Assembly: GCA_040767195.1 (NCBI GenBank)
Contig: JAXGPA010000002.1
Span: forward strand, 128,001-192,000
Source: Syntrophales bacterium
GTDB taxonomy: Bacteria; Desulfobacterota; Syntrophia; Syntrophales; UBA6807
DNA: 64,000 nucleotides
Direction of reading: 5' to 3'
The notes beneath the pieces are model-generated. The model ran no database searches, had not been told where the DNA came from, and worked only from the letters and a program-made list of their open reading frames with translations. Position 1 is the first letter of the stretch, and the number at the start of each line of letters is the position of its first letter. A program made the translations under genes and the position numbers. This document shows, one piece after another, positions 28,098 through 36,616 of the stretch.

Positions 28098-29246
28098 ATG
28101 AATTTCGCGTTGACCGAAGAACAACAAATGGTAAAGGACATGGTCACCAGGTTCGCCGAAAACGAGATCAAACCCATCGCGGCGGAGTTGGACCACACCC
28201 ACCGGCATCCCGAGGAGATCTGCCGGAAGCTCGGTGAAATGGGCATCATGGGCGTCGCCGTCCCGACGGAATACGGCGGAGCGGGCATGGACACGGTCAC
28301 CTACGTCCACGCCATGATCGCCATTTCCAAGGCCTGCGCCAGCACGGGCGTCATCGTGTCGGTGAACAACTCCCTGTACGGCTTCCCCATCAAGACCTAC
28401 GGGACGGAAGAGCAGAAGCACACGTGGCTCACCCCCGTGGCGAGCGGCAAGTGTGAAGGCTGCTACGCCCTCACCGAGGCCGGCGCCGGTTCCGACGCCG
28501 CCTCCCTGGCCTGCCGGGCGGACCTGAAGGGCGACAAGTACATCCTGAACGGCGCGAAGCGCTTCATCACCAACGGCAACGTCGCCAATTACTGTGTTCT
28601 CGCCGCCACGACGGATCCCGCAAAGGCGTACAAGGGCGTCATTAACCTCATCGTGGACCTGAAGAACACCCCCGGCTTCTCCGTCGGTAAGATCGAGGAG
28701 AAAATGGGCATTCTCGCTTCCGGCACGGCGGAACTCGTTTTCGAGGACGCCGAAGTCCCGGCGGCGAACCTTCTCGGCAAGGAAGGCCAGGGCTTCCGCC
28801 AGATGCTCTCCGGTCTCGACGCCGGCCGCATCGGCATCGGCTCCCAGGCCGTGGGCATCGGCAAGGCCGCCCTGGAAGACGCCCTGAACTACGCCAAGGA
28901 GCGCGTCCAGTTCGGCAAGCCCATCGCCACCTTCCAGGCCATCCAGTTCAAGCTCGCCGACATGGCGACGGAACTCGACGCCGCCGAGCTGCTTCTCCTC
29001 CGGGCCGCGTGGATGGAGGACCATCACATGGACTACGAGAAAGAGTCGGCCATGGCCAAGATGTACGGCTCCGACGTGGCCATGAAGGCCGCCATCGAAG
29101 GCGTTCAGATCTTCGGCGGTTACGGCTACTGCAAGGAATACCCGGCGGAACGGCACATGCGGGACGCCAAGATCTGCCAGATCTACGAAGGGACGAACGA
29201 AATCCAGAGGGTCGTCATCGCCCGGAAGCTTCTGGGACAGCGGTAA
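28098..29246 (+). CDS. Acyl-CoA dehydrogenase (butyryl-CoA dehydrogenase-like)
   Basis: ALTEAGAGSD, KRFITN, RVQFGKPI, IYEGTNEIQR. Confidence 0.93.
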   Translation: MNFALTEEQQMVKDMVTRFAENEIKPIAAELDHTHRHPEEICRKLGEMGIMGVAVPTEYGGAGMDTVTYVHAMIAISKACASTGVIVSVNNSLYGFPIKTYGTEEQKHTWLTPVASGKCEGCYALTEAGAGSDAASLACRADLKGDKYILNGAKRFITNGNVANYCVLAATTDPAKAYKGVINLIVDLKNTPGFSVGKIEEKMGILASGTAELVFEDAEVPAANLLGKEGQGFRQMLSGLDAGRIGIGSQAVGIGKAALEDALNYAKERVQFGKPIATFQAIQFKLADMATELDAAELLLLRAAWMEDHHMDYEKESAMAKMYGSDVAMKAAIEGVQIFGGYGYCKEYPAERHMRDAKICQIYEGTNEIQRVVIARKLLGQR

Positions 29247-29263
29247 GACCTCAGAGCAATGTG

Positions 29264-29295
29264 AAAAGGCCGGGGCGCAAGCCCCGGCTTTTTTT
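29264..29295 (+). terminator. Intrinsic terminator of the beta-oxidation operon
   Basis: GCCGGGGC-GCAA-GCCCCGGC then T7. Confidence 0.85.
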
Positions 29296-29490
29296 ATTGA
29301 GACCGCCCCCCCTCTTTGCTATAGCAGAAGAAAGCCCGGTCCTCTGAAGCGGCGGGTTCCCGATTCATCCCGTCCCGAGCGCTTGCGGTTCCGCCAAGGC
29401 CGGGATGGCCGTCCTGTCTCGAAAAGGGACCGGGCATGGGTTTTGACAGGCCCGGGACCCCGGGGCCGGACAGAAAAGGAAGAACCGTTC

Positions 29491-31191
29491 ATGGACCTCA
29501 AGTTGCCGAAATCGAATACATACGAAGGCGTCAAAGGCCCCCTGCTCCTCGTCATCCTGGACGGCATGGGCCTGTACCGGGGCACCAAGGAAGGTTACCC
29601 GGGCAACGCCATCGACCTGGCCAAACCGGCCCACCTTTTCCATCTTCTCGACCAGGAAAGGATCGTTCTGAAACTGAAGGCCCACGGAACCGCCGTCGGG
29701 ATGCCCTCGGACCAGGACCAGGGCAACAGCGAGGTGGGGCACAACGCCTTCGGCGCCGGCCGCATCTTCGCCCAGGGCGCCCGGCTCGTGGACGAGGCCA
29801 TCGAATCGGGCCGGCTCTTCTCATCAACCGCCTGGAAGGAAATCGTCGAAAACAGCCTCAAGGAAAATACACCGGTCCACTTCATCGGCCTTCTCTCCGA
29901 CGGGAATGTCCACAGCAACATCCGCCATCTCATGGCCATGGTCTCCGAGTGCGACCGGCAGGGGATCGAGACGGTCCATGTCCACGCCCTCCTGGACGGC
30001 CGGGACGTCCCGCCGCTCAGCGCCCTTCGCTATTTCGGCGAGCTGGAGGACTTCCTCTGGTCCATCCGGGTCTCCGCCCTGAAATCGTCGCAGCGGCGGG
30101 CCTATTTCGTCGCCTCCGGGGGCGGCCGCATGGTGACCACCATGGACCGCTACGAGGCCGACTGGTCCATCGTGGAACGGGGCTACAACGCCCACGTCCT
30201 CGGTGAGGGGCCCCGGTTCCCCGACAGCCTGACGGCGATCCGGAAGCTCCGGGAACACCAGCGGGCGGACGACCAGTATATGGACCGCTTCGTGATTCAC
30301 GCCCCCGGTGACCCGGAGAAACCGCTCACCCGGATCGAAGACGGCCACGGGGTCATCTTTTTCAACTTCCGGGGGGACCGGGCCATCGAAATCAGCCGGG
30401 CTTTCGTGGAAAAAGATTTCCACGGATTTGAACGAAAGGCGTGGCCCCGGGTTCTTTACGCGGGTATGGTGGAGTACGACGGCGACACGCACATGCCGCC
30501 GCGGTATCTCGTCGAGCCGCCCGCCTTCGAGCGGACCCTGTCGGAGTACCTGGCCGCCAACGGGGTCACCCAGTTCGCCGTGAGCGAGACCCAGAAATTC
30601 GGCCATGTCACCTACTTCTGGAACGGCAACAACTCGGCCAGGTTCGGGGGGGACCAGGAAACATGGGTGGAGATCGAATCGGACCGGGTCCCTTTCGACG
30701 AGGCCCCGGCCATGAAGGCCCGGGAAATCGCCGAGGCGGCCGTCGAGGCGCTCCGATCCGGGAAATACCGGTTCCTCAGGCTCAACTTCCCCAACGGTGA
30801 CATGGTGGGACACACGGGATCCCTCCCCGCCGCCGTCACGGCCGTCAAGGCCGTCGACGACGCCCTTGGAAAACTCATCGAGGCGGTGGACGAAACGGGG
30901 GGAACTCTCATCGTCACGGCGGACCACGGGAACTGCGAGCAGATGATCGAGGTGGACAAAAAGACGGGAAAACCGGTCACCGGTTCCGGGGGCGGGTTCA
31001 AGGCCACCACGAGCCACTCCCTGAACCCGGTCCCCTTCGTCATCCACGGACCGGACACGGCCCGATACAAAATCAACGAGGGGGTGACGGACCCGGGACT
31101 GGGAAATGTCGCGGCGACGATTCTACGGCTTTTGGGACTCGAAAAACCGGAGGACTATCTCGACCCTCTCGTCACCGTCGAGGGTCCTTGA
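29491..31191 (+). CDS. gpmI: 2,3-bisphosphoglycerate-independent phosphoglycerate mutase
   Basis: ILDG, GNSEVGH, DGNVHS, DGRD, NFRGDR, ETQKFGHVTYF, TADHGN. Confidence 0.95.
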   Translation: MDLKLPKSNTYEGVKGPLLLVILDGMGLYRGTKEGYPGNAIDLAKPAHLFHLLDQERIVLKLKAHGTAVGMPSDQDQGNSEVGHNAFGAGRIFAQGARLVDEAIESGRLFSSTAWKEIVENSLKENTPVHFIGLLSDGNVHSNIRHLMAMVSECDRQGIETVHVHALLDGRDVPPLSALRYFGELEDFLWSIRVSALKSSQRRAYFVASGGGRMVTTMDRYEADWSIVERGYNAHVLGEGPRFPDSLTAIRKLREHQRADDQYMDRFVIHAPGDPEKPLTRIEDGHGVIFFNFRGDRAIEISRAFVEKDFHGFERKAWPRVLYAGMVEYDGDTHMPPRYLVEPPAFERTLSEYLAANGVTQFAVSETQKFGHVTYFWNGNNSARFGGDQETWVEIESDRVPFDEAPAMKAREIAEAAVEALRSGKYRFLRLNFPNGDMVGHTGSLPAAVTAVKAVDDALGKLIEAVDETGGTLIVTADHGNCEQMIEVDKKTGKPVTGSGGGFKATTSHSLNPVPFVIHGPDTARYKINEGVTDPGLGNVAATILRLLGLEKPEDYLDPLVTVEGP

Positions 31192-31316
31192 ACCAGCCGA
31201 GGTGGGGCGATTTCAGTTGAACCATCCGCAAAAGACACAGGCCGCAGAGCCGTTTCCAGGGCTGACGCCCCAGCCGCAAAGTCGCCCTCGGGGCAGCCCC
31301 TTCGGGCGCGGCCCTT

Positions 31317-31775
31317 TCAGAAGATCCCCGCGTCGATCCCGGCGGCGAGGATCTTTCCCAGTTCCCCGCACTTGTCCAGGTCTACCTCCTTGACCTCGCC
31401 CCGGGCGATGACCGGCTCGGAAACAAGCTTCAGGGGATAGCCCCGGGCGATCCGCTCGATGCTGTTCAGGGCCCCGGTCCCGTCGTTGCCGGCGCTGATG
31501 AAGACCACGAAGGGTTTCTTGAACACCCGGCCCTGGGCGGGATAGAACGTCCGGTCGAAAAAATCCTTCATCCCCCCGGACATGTACCCGAAATTCTCCG
31601 GTGTCCCGATGGCCACGCCGTCACATTCCACCAGGTCGTCCACGGTGGCGTCGAAAGCCCGTTTCAGGGTCACCTTCGTCTTTTCCATCTCCGAAGCGCC
31701 TTCCGCCACCCGCCGGGCCATTTTTTCCGTGTTGCCCGTCTGGGTGTGGTATACGACCAGAATCTTCGTCATCAT
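31317..31775 (-). CDS. Flavodoxin/NAD(P)H-dependent oxidoreductase family protein
   Basis: YHTQTGNTEKMA, GTPENFGYMSG, AGNDG. Confidence 0.87.
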   Translation of the reverse strand: MMTKILVVYHTQTGNTEKMARRVAEGASEMEKTKVTLKRAFDATVDDLVECDGVAIGTPENFGYMSGGMKDFFDRTFYPAQGRVFKKPFVVFISAGNDGTGALNSIERIARGYPLKLVSEPVIARGEVKEVDLDKCGELGKILAAGIDAGIF

Positions 31776-31778
31776 TCC

Positions 31779-32561
31779 TCACGCATTCTGAAGTTTCCGG
31801 CAAAAATCGCCTAAAACCTCATTGAAGATCCCGGCGCTTTCCACCATGACGAAATGACCGGAGCCCGGAATGATCGCCAGATCCGCCCCGGGAATGTTCG
31901 CCGCCATGTACCGGGAGAACTCCGGGGGCGTCATCTTGTCCTCGTCGCCGCAGACCAGGAGTGTCGGCACGGAGATTTCGCCGATTTCAGCGGTCAGATC
32001 AAGACGGCTGCAGGCGAAAAAATCCCCCCGGATCAGGTCGGGATCCACGTTACCGAGCTCCTCCGCAAGGCCGGGCCCGAATTTCTCCCGGTTTTCCCGG
32101 GCAAAGGAGAACTTGGCGATGAAGCCCAGGGTGGCGGCCCGGTTCGTCCGGATGCCCTCGATGATCTGGGGGTTCACGGGCATGGTCGCCCCGCCCCCGA
32201 CGGGAACGATGGCGAGAAGCCTTTCACCCCACCGAAGAGCGAAGGTGAGGCTGATGGCCGCCCCGAGAGAATGGCCTACCAGAATGGGTTTTTCCAGCCC
32301 CGCGGTGTCGAGGATTTTCCGCACCCACAGGGCATAGGCCTCCACGGATTCTTCCCCCGGCCCGCCGGAGTCCCCATGACCGGGGAGATCGATCCCGGCC
32401 ACGTTGAATTCCTCATCCAGAAAACCATACTGGTGGTCCCAGAGGTGATGATCGCACCCTGACCCGTGGATGAAAAAAATGGTTTTCCGCCCTTTCCGCC
32501 ATCCACCGTCGTTCACCCGGAGGGCGATTCGGCGGCCGTCGATCTCGAGGGTTCGTATCAC
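31779..32561 (-). CDS. Alpha/beta hydrolase
   Basis: IHGSG, DLPGHG, GHSLG, GDEDKMTP, GH. Confidence 0.9.
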   Translation of the reverse strand: MIRTLEIDGRRIALRVNDGGWRKGRKTIFFIHGSGCDHHLWDHQYGFLDEEFNVAGIDLPGHGDSGGPGEESVEAYALWVRKILDTAGLEKPILVGHSLGAAISLTFALRWGERLLAIVPVGGGATMPVNPQIIEGIRTNRAATLGFIAKFSFARENREKFGPGLAEELGNVDPDLIRGDFFACSRLDLTAEIGEISVPTLLVCGDEDKMTPPEFSRYMAANIPGADLAIIPGSGHFVMVESAGIFNEVLGDFCRKLQNA

Positions 32562-32581
32562 GGTACCTCCATTTCCTTTTT

Positions 32582-34282
32582 TCAGCTTTTCTTTCTCCGG
32601 GCCATCTCCTCCGCCTTCAGCTCCTTTCGCAGGACCTTCCCCACCGTCGACTTGGGAAGCTCCGTGCGGAACTCGATTTCCGCGGGCAGCTTGTATGTCG
32701 CCAGCCTGCTCTTGGCGAAGGCCATGAATTCCTCCACCGTCCCCTCCTCACCCTCTTTCAGAACGAGGAAGAGCTTGACGTTCTCGCCTCTCTTGGGATC
32801 GGGAATCCCGATGGAACAGGCCTCCTGCACCTTGGGATGCTCGTAGAAGATTTCGTCGATTTCCCGGGGGTAGACGTTGAAGCCGCCGGAAATGATCATG
32901 TCCTTCTTCCGGTCGACGATGTAGAAATAGCCGTCTTCGTCCATGGTGGCGATGTCGCCGGTGTAGCACCAGCCGTCCCGGAGCGTGTTCGCCGTCTCTT
33001 CCGGCCTGTTCAGGTACCCCTTCATGACCTGGGGGCCCTTGACGATGAGTTCGCCGCTTGAGCCTGCCGGCATGTCCTTCGTTCCCTCCTCCAGGTCGAC
33101 GATCCGGCAGAGGGTGTCCGAGATGGGAAGCCCGACGCTTCCCACCTTGCGGGCCCCGCCGGCGAAGGGGTTCACATGGGTCACCGGGGTCGTCTCGGTC
33201 ATCCCGAACCCTTCCACGATGACGGCGCCGGTCATCTTCTCGAAATCGTGGATCACCTCGACGGGCAGGGGCGCGCTCCCGGAAAAGGCCCCCCGGATGC
33301 AGCTCATGTCCGTTTTTTTCAGGTCCGGGTGATTGAGCATCCCGATGTACATGGTGGGCACGAGCGGCGCGAAGGTGGGACGGAACTTCCGGATGGCCTC
33401 GAGAAGGGGTTCCGGCTGCGGCCTCGGAACGAGGACCTGGCTCCACCCCATGTGGACGGAGAAATTCATGGAGACGGACATGCCGAAGACATGGAAGTAA
33501 GGGAGCGCCCCCAGCATGATCTGCATTTCATCGTGAAAACTGGGAAACCACGCCCTGGCCTGCTGGCACTGGCAGCTCAGGTTGGCGTGGGTCAGCATGA
33601 CGCCCTTGGAAACGCCCGTGGTCCCCCCGGTGTACTGGTACATGGCCACGTCCCGAAAACCCAACTTAACTTTCGGCGGGTTCGGCGGGTACTTTTCGAG
33701 GCAGGCCTTCCAGCGGTAGACATCCGGGGCCGGCTTCACGTCCGCCGCGAGTTTTTTCTTTTTCGCCACCAGGGGGAAAAGAAGGCTCTTGGGAAAGGGA
33801 AGGTAGTCACCGATGGAGGTGTAAACGATCTGTTTAATTTTTGTTTTCGGCCTCAAGTCGATCATCCGGTTCCCCAGGAGATCGAGGGTCACGAGAACCC
33901 TGGACCCCGAGTCGTTGAACTGGTGCTCCAGTTCCCGATCGGAATACAGGGGGTTGTTCATGACCGTCACCGCCCCGAGCTTCAGGACGGCGTAGTAGGC
34001 CACGACGCAGGGAATGAGGTTGGGCAGCACAATGGCCACGGCGTCCCCCTGGCGGACACCGAAGTCGGCCAGGCAGGCGGCAAAGCGGTCCACCATGTCC
34101 TTCATCTGCCGGTAACTGACCCGGTACCCCTGAAAGATCAGGGCGTCCCGGTCGGGGTAGCGCCCGGCGGTCCGGTCCAGGATGTCCGGCATGGTGATCT
34201 CTTCGTAGTCAATGTGCTCGGGCACCCCTTTTTCGTAAGATTTGAGCCAGGGTTTGCCCTGGTAAACCGATTCTTCCACCAT
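32582..34282 (-). CDS. fadD: Long-chain fatty-acid--CoA ligase
   Basis: QYTGGTTGVSKG, EGFGMTE, TGDIA, DRKKD, LPKSTVGK; start may be 34303. Confidence 0.92.
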   Translation of the reverse strand: MVEESVYQGKPWLKSYEKGVPEHIDYEEITMPDILDRTAGRYPDRDALIFQGYRVSYRQMKDMVDRFAACLADFGVRQGDAVAIVLPNLIPCVVAYYAVLKLGAVTVMNNPLYSDRELEHQFNDSGSRVLVTLDLLGNRMIDLRPKTKIKQIVYTSIGDYLPFPKSLLFPLVAKKKKLAADVKPAPDVYRWKACLEKYPPNPPKVKLGFRDVAMYQYTGGTTGVSKGVMLTHANLSCQCQQARAWFPSFHDEMQIMLGALPYFHVFGMSVSMNFSVHMGWSQVLVPRPQPEPLLEAIRKFRPTFAPLVPTMYIGMLNHPDLKKTDMSCIRGAFSGSAPLPVEVIHDFEKMTGAVIVEGFGMTETTPVTHVNPFAGGARKVGSVGLPISDTLCRIVDLEEGTKDMPAGSSGELIVKGPQVMKGYLNRPEETANTLRDGWCYTGDIATMDEDGYFYIVDRKKDMIISGGFNVYPREIDEIFYEHPKVQEACSIGIPDPKRGENVKLFLVLKEGEEGTVEEFMAFAKSRLATYKLPAEIEFRTELPKSTVGKVLRKELKAEEMARRKKS

Positions 34283-34574
34283 GTTTTCACCCCTCCCTTT
34301 CATGTCCGATCATAACCCGGCGACGCTCTCCCGGGGATGTCTCCCCTTTCGCGCCGTCGAAAGCGCCCCGCGGCAAACGGGGCTGAACTCCCATCAGGTG
34401 CATCATACAGGAGAGACAGGAAAAAAAGCAACAGACGAAACGTCAAAAGCGGGAGGACCGGGACGGCGAAAAAACGGCCTCTCCGGAGGCACCCGCCGTT
34501 CCCCTGACGGTTTCCGTCATCGGGGCTGAAAGAAAGCTTTCACATCCCAGGGCATGCGCCCTGCCGGGCGCACC

Positions 34575-34610
34575 AAAAAAAAGCGCCCGGGTTTTCACAC
34601 CGGGCGCTTC
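34575..34610 (-). terminator. Intrinsic terminator of the fadL-like gene
   Basis: AGCGCCCGG stem with an A8 run on the plus strand (U tract on minus). Confidence 0.75.
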
Positions 34611-34651
34611 TCTTGCTTTCTGTCTGTGCGGATTTTCTAAGTCCCGCGACG

Positions 34652-36040
34652 TTAGAACTTGTAGTTCAGGGTGAGGCCCCAGGACCAGAGGTAACCGTCG
34701 GCGCTGAAGCTGACCTTCGGGTGGGTGCCGCCCGAGGCGTAGGCTTCGTTCAGGGTTTCACTCTCGCCGCCGATGATTCTCTTGCTGTCCACCATGAGAT
34801 ACTGGACAACGCCGTCGATGGAGAAGTTGCCGAAATTGAGTCCAAGACCGAGAGCGAAGGTGTGCTTGTCCGCGTCGGGCCACTGAAGGTCCATGGTCTC
34901 ATCGGGAATGGGGGAGGGATCATAGAAATAGGACCCCCGGAGGGTGATCATGTCGGTCGCCTGCCACTCGGCGCCGAACCGGAACGAGGTCGTGTTGTTC
35001 CAGTTCCTGGCGAAGTATTCCGATGTCTTCGCCGGGTTCATCGGCCCGAGGGCGGGCGCGTTCAGGAACGGCTGTGAGAACTCGACGGAGTAGCCGTCGA
35101 TGATGGACCAGTGGGTCCACACGATGTCGGCTTCCAGGGAAAGCTGCTCGAAGGGCAGGAAGCGGACACCGAACTGGATCTGCTCGGGGTGGTCCAGTTC
35201 CATCTTGGCGTCCACGGTGGTGTTGGAAAGGGCAACGGTAAAAGGATGCCCGGTCGACGGGTCTATCACCGTCAGACTGCTCGTCGGGTTGAGAAGCCCC
35301 GTCGTCCCTTCGAATTTCGTCTCCGTCCGTCCCCGGTAGGTGAGGCCGAAGGACAGGTTGTCATAGGGCCGGTAAAGGAGCCCCACGTTGGCGGACCAGT
35401 TCACGTCGTCCTCCAGGTCCGTTTTCACGTTCTGGTTGTTCAGGCTCGTCCCCGGGGCGAAGATGATGCGGTCCACGCCGCTCTTGGATTTCCCGATGGA
35501 CACGCCGACGCCCAGGGACAGGCAGTCGGAGAGCTTGTAGGCGATGGTGGGGGTAACCACTTCCCGCATGTACCAGGAGTGGTAGGAATCGTAGACCCCC
35601 AGGTTATCCATTCCCGGGTGATCGTTCCACTTGATGTCGAGGCCGTAGGGAACGTACACGGCGACACCGGCGGAGAACCGGTCGGAAATGGGCATGGCGA
35701 ACCCGGCGTGAGGCACGACCAGGGTCGAGGACCGGTCGTTGAAATCGATGGGCCCCAAGTCACCCATGACGGTGCCCTTCACCTCGTAACCGTAAACCCG
35801 GAGCTTCGGTTTGACGAACTGGGACCCCACGGAAAAGGTGGCGCTGTCGATCTGGGTCAACCCGGCCGGGTTGTAGTAGGCGGCGAAGGGGTCGTCGGCA
35901 TAGGCGGCGAAGGCCCCACCGAGGGCCGTGGCCTTGGCCCCGATGCCGAAGGTGTCGACGTTCCCCGCCGCGGCGGGCCCTGAAAGACCCAGGGCCAGAA
36001 CAAAGACGGCAACGGTCAATACTGCAAATCTCTTCCACAT
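34652..36040 (-). CDS. fadL: OmpP1/FadL/TodX outer-membrane long-chain fatty-acid transporter
   Basis: Signal peptide, ALGGAFAA.ADD..A.YYNPAGL, PYGL, YDPSP, C-terminal YKF. Confidence 0.9.
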   Translation of the reverse strand: MWKRFAVLTVAVFVLALGLSGPAAAGNVDTFGIGAKATALGGAFAAYADDPFAAYYNPAGLTQIDSATFSVGSQFVKPKLRVYGYEVKGTVMGDLGPIDFNDRSSTLVVPHAGFAMPISDRFSAGVAVYVPYGLDIKWNDHPGMDNLGVYDSYHSWYMREVVTPTIAYKLSDCLSLGVGVSIGKSKSGVDRIIFAPGTSLNNQNVKTDLEDDVNWSANVGLLYRPYDNLSFGLTYRGRTETKFEGTTGLLNPTSSLTVIDPSTGHPFTVALSNTTVDAKMELDHPEQIQFGVRFLPFEQLSLEADIVWTHWSIIDGYSVEFSQPFLNAPALGPMNPAKTSEYFARNWNNTTSFRFGAEWQATDMITLRGSYFYDPSPIPDETMDLQWPDADKHTFALGLGLNFGNFSIDGVVQYLMVDSKRIIGGESETLNEAYASGGTHPKVSFSADGYLWSWGLTLNYKF

Positions 36041-36315
36041 AAACCTCTCATCCCCCTTTCAGAATTTAGAAATATGGTTCTATTACGGCTCCCGACCGGC
36101 CGGATTCTCCTCTTTCCGCCGTCGAGGACTTCCCTAAACCTTTCTTTTTTCCCGGTGATCCCCCCTTTTGAAAATGATGGACTAGAAAACAGTGAATTGA
36201 GATTACCGTTATTTTTTGAATTTTTCAAGCTCTATTTCTTCAGAAAATCGCTCCTTCATGACGGGCGTCGAGACCCGTCGGAATCCTGCCCTTAAGACCG
36301 GAGAAAGACCGTGAT

Positions 36316-36480
36316 TCATACCAGATAGAGCTTTTCCGCTTCCTGGAAGTCGGGACGCGCGATGGCGACGATCGCCTCGATCCGGGGCTTGTTCTCGCTT
36401 AAGTCCACGACCCGTTTCCTGCCGTGACAGGCCGCCGTGGACGTGAAATCGTTGGCCGTCCCGAAGCTGAAACAGCCGGC
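36316..36480 (-). pseudogene. Eroded C-terminal remnant of an acetyl-CoA hydrolase/4-hydroxybutyrate CoA-transferase gene
   Basis: VVDL..K.R.EAIVAIARPDF.EAEKLYLV resembles the family C-terminus (GVxxLxGK..ERAxAxIxIAHPDFR..EA); no credible start. Confidence 0.5.
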
Positions 36481-36547
36481 GTTGTCTCCAGGTGGGACGG
36501 ACGGCCCCTCCCCTACGGAACGGCCCCCATGCGCCGTAATAACAAAG

Positions 36548-36585
36548 AAAGCCCCCGGGGTCCCAGAGAACCTTCCGGGGGCTTT
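36548..36585 (-). terminator. Terminator of the etf/FeS oxidoreductase operon
   Basis: AAAGCCCCCGG...CCGGGGGCTTT inverted repeat. Confidence 0.7.
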
Positions 36586-36616
36586 GCTCAAATCCGAAAA
36601 GGACCCGCTTGAGAGG

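Noticed and set aside
31195..31295. Long-range pairing (GGGCGATTT/AAAGTCGCCC) as an sRNA or riboswitch
   Set aside because: Lies between convergent 3' ends with no promoter or aptamer consensus; probably a termination structure.
36097..36170. fadL leader motifs AAAAGGGGGGATCACC and AAAGAGGAGAATCCGGCC as extra anti-16S elements
   Set aside because: Too degenerate to separate from chance without statistics.
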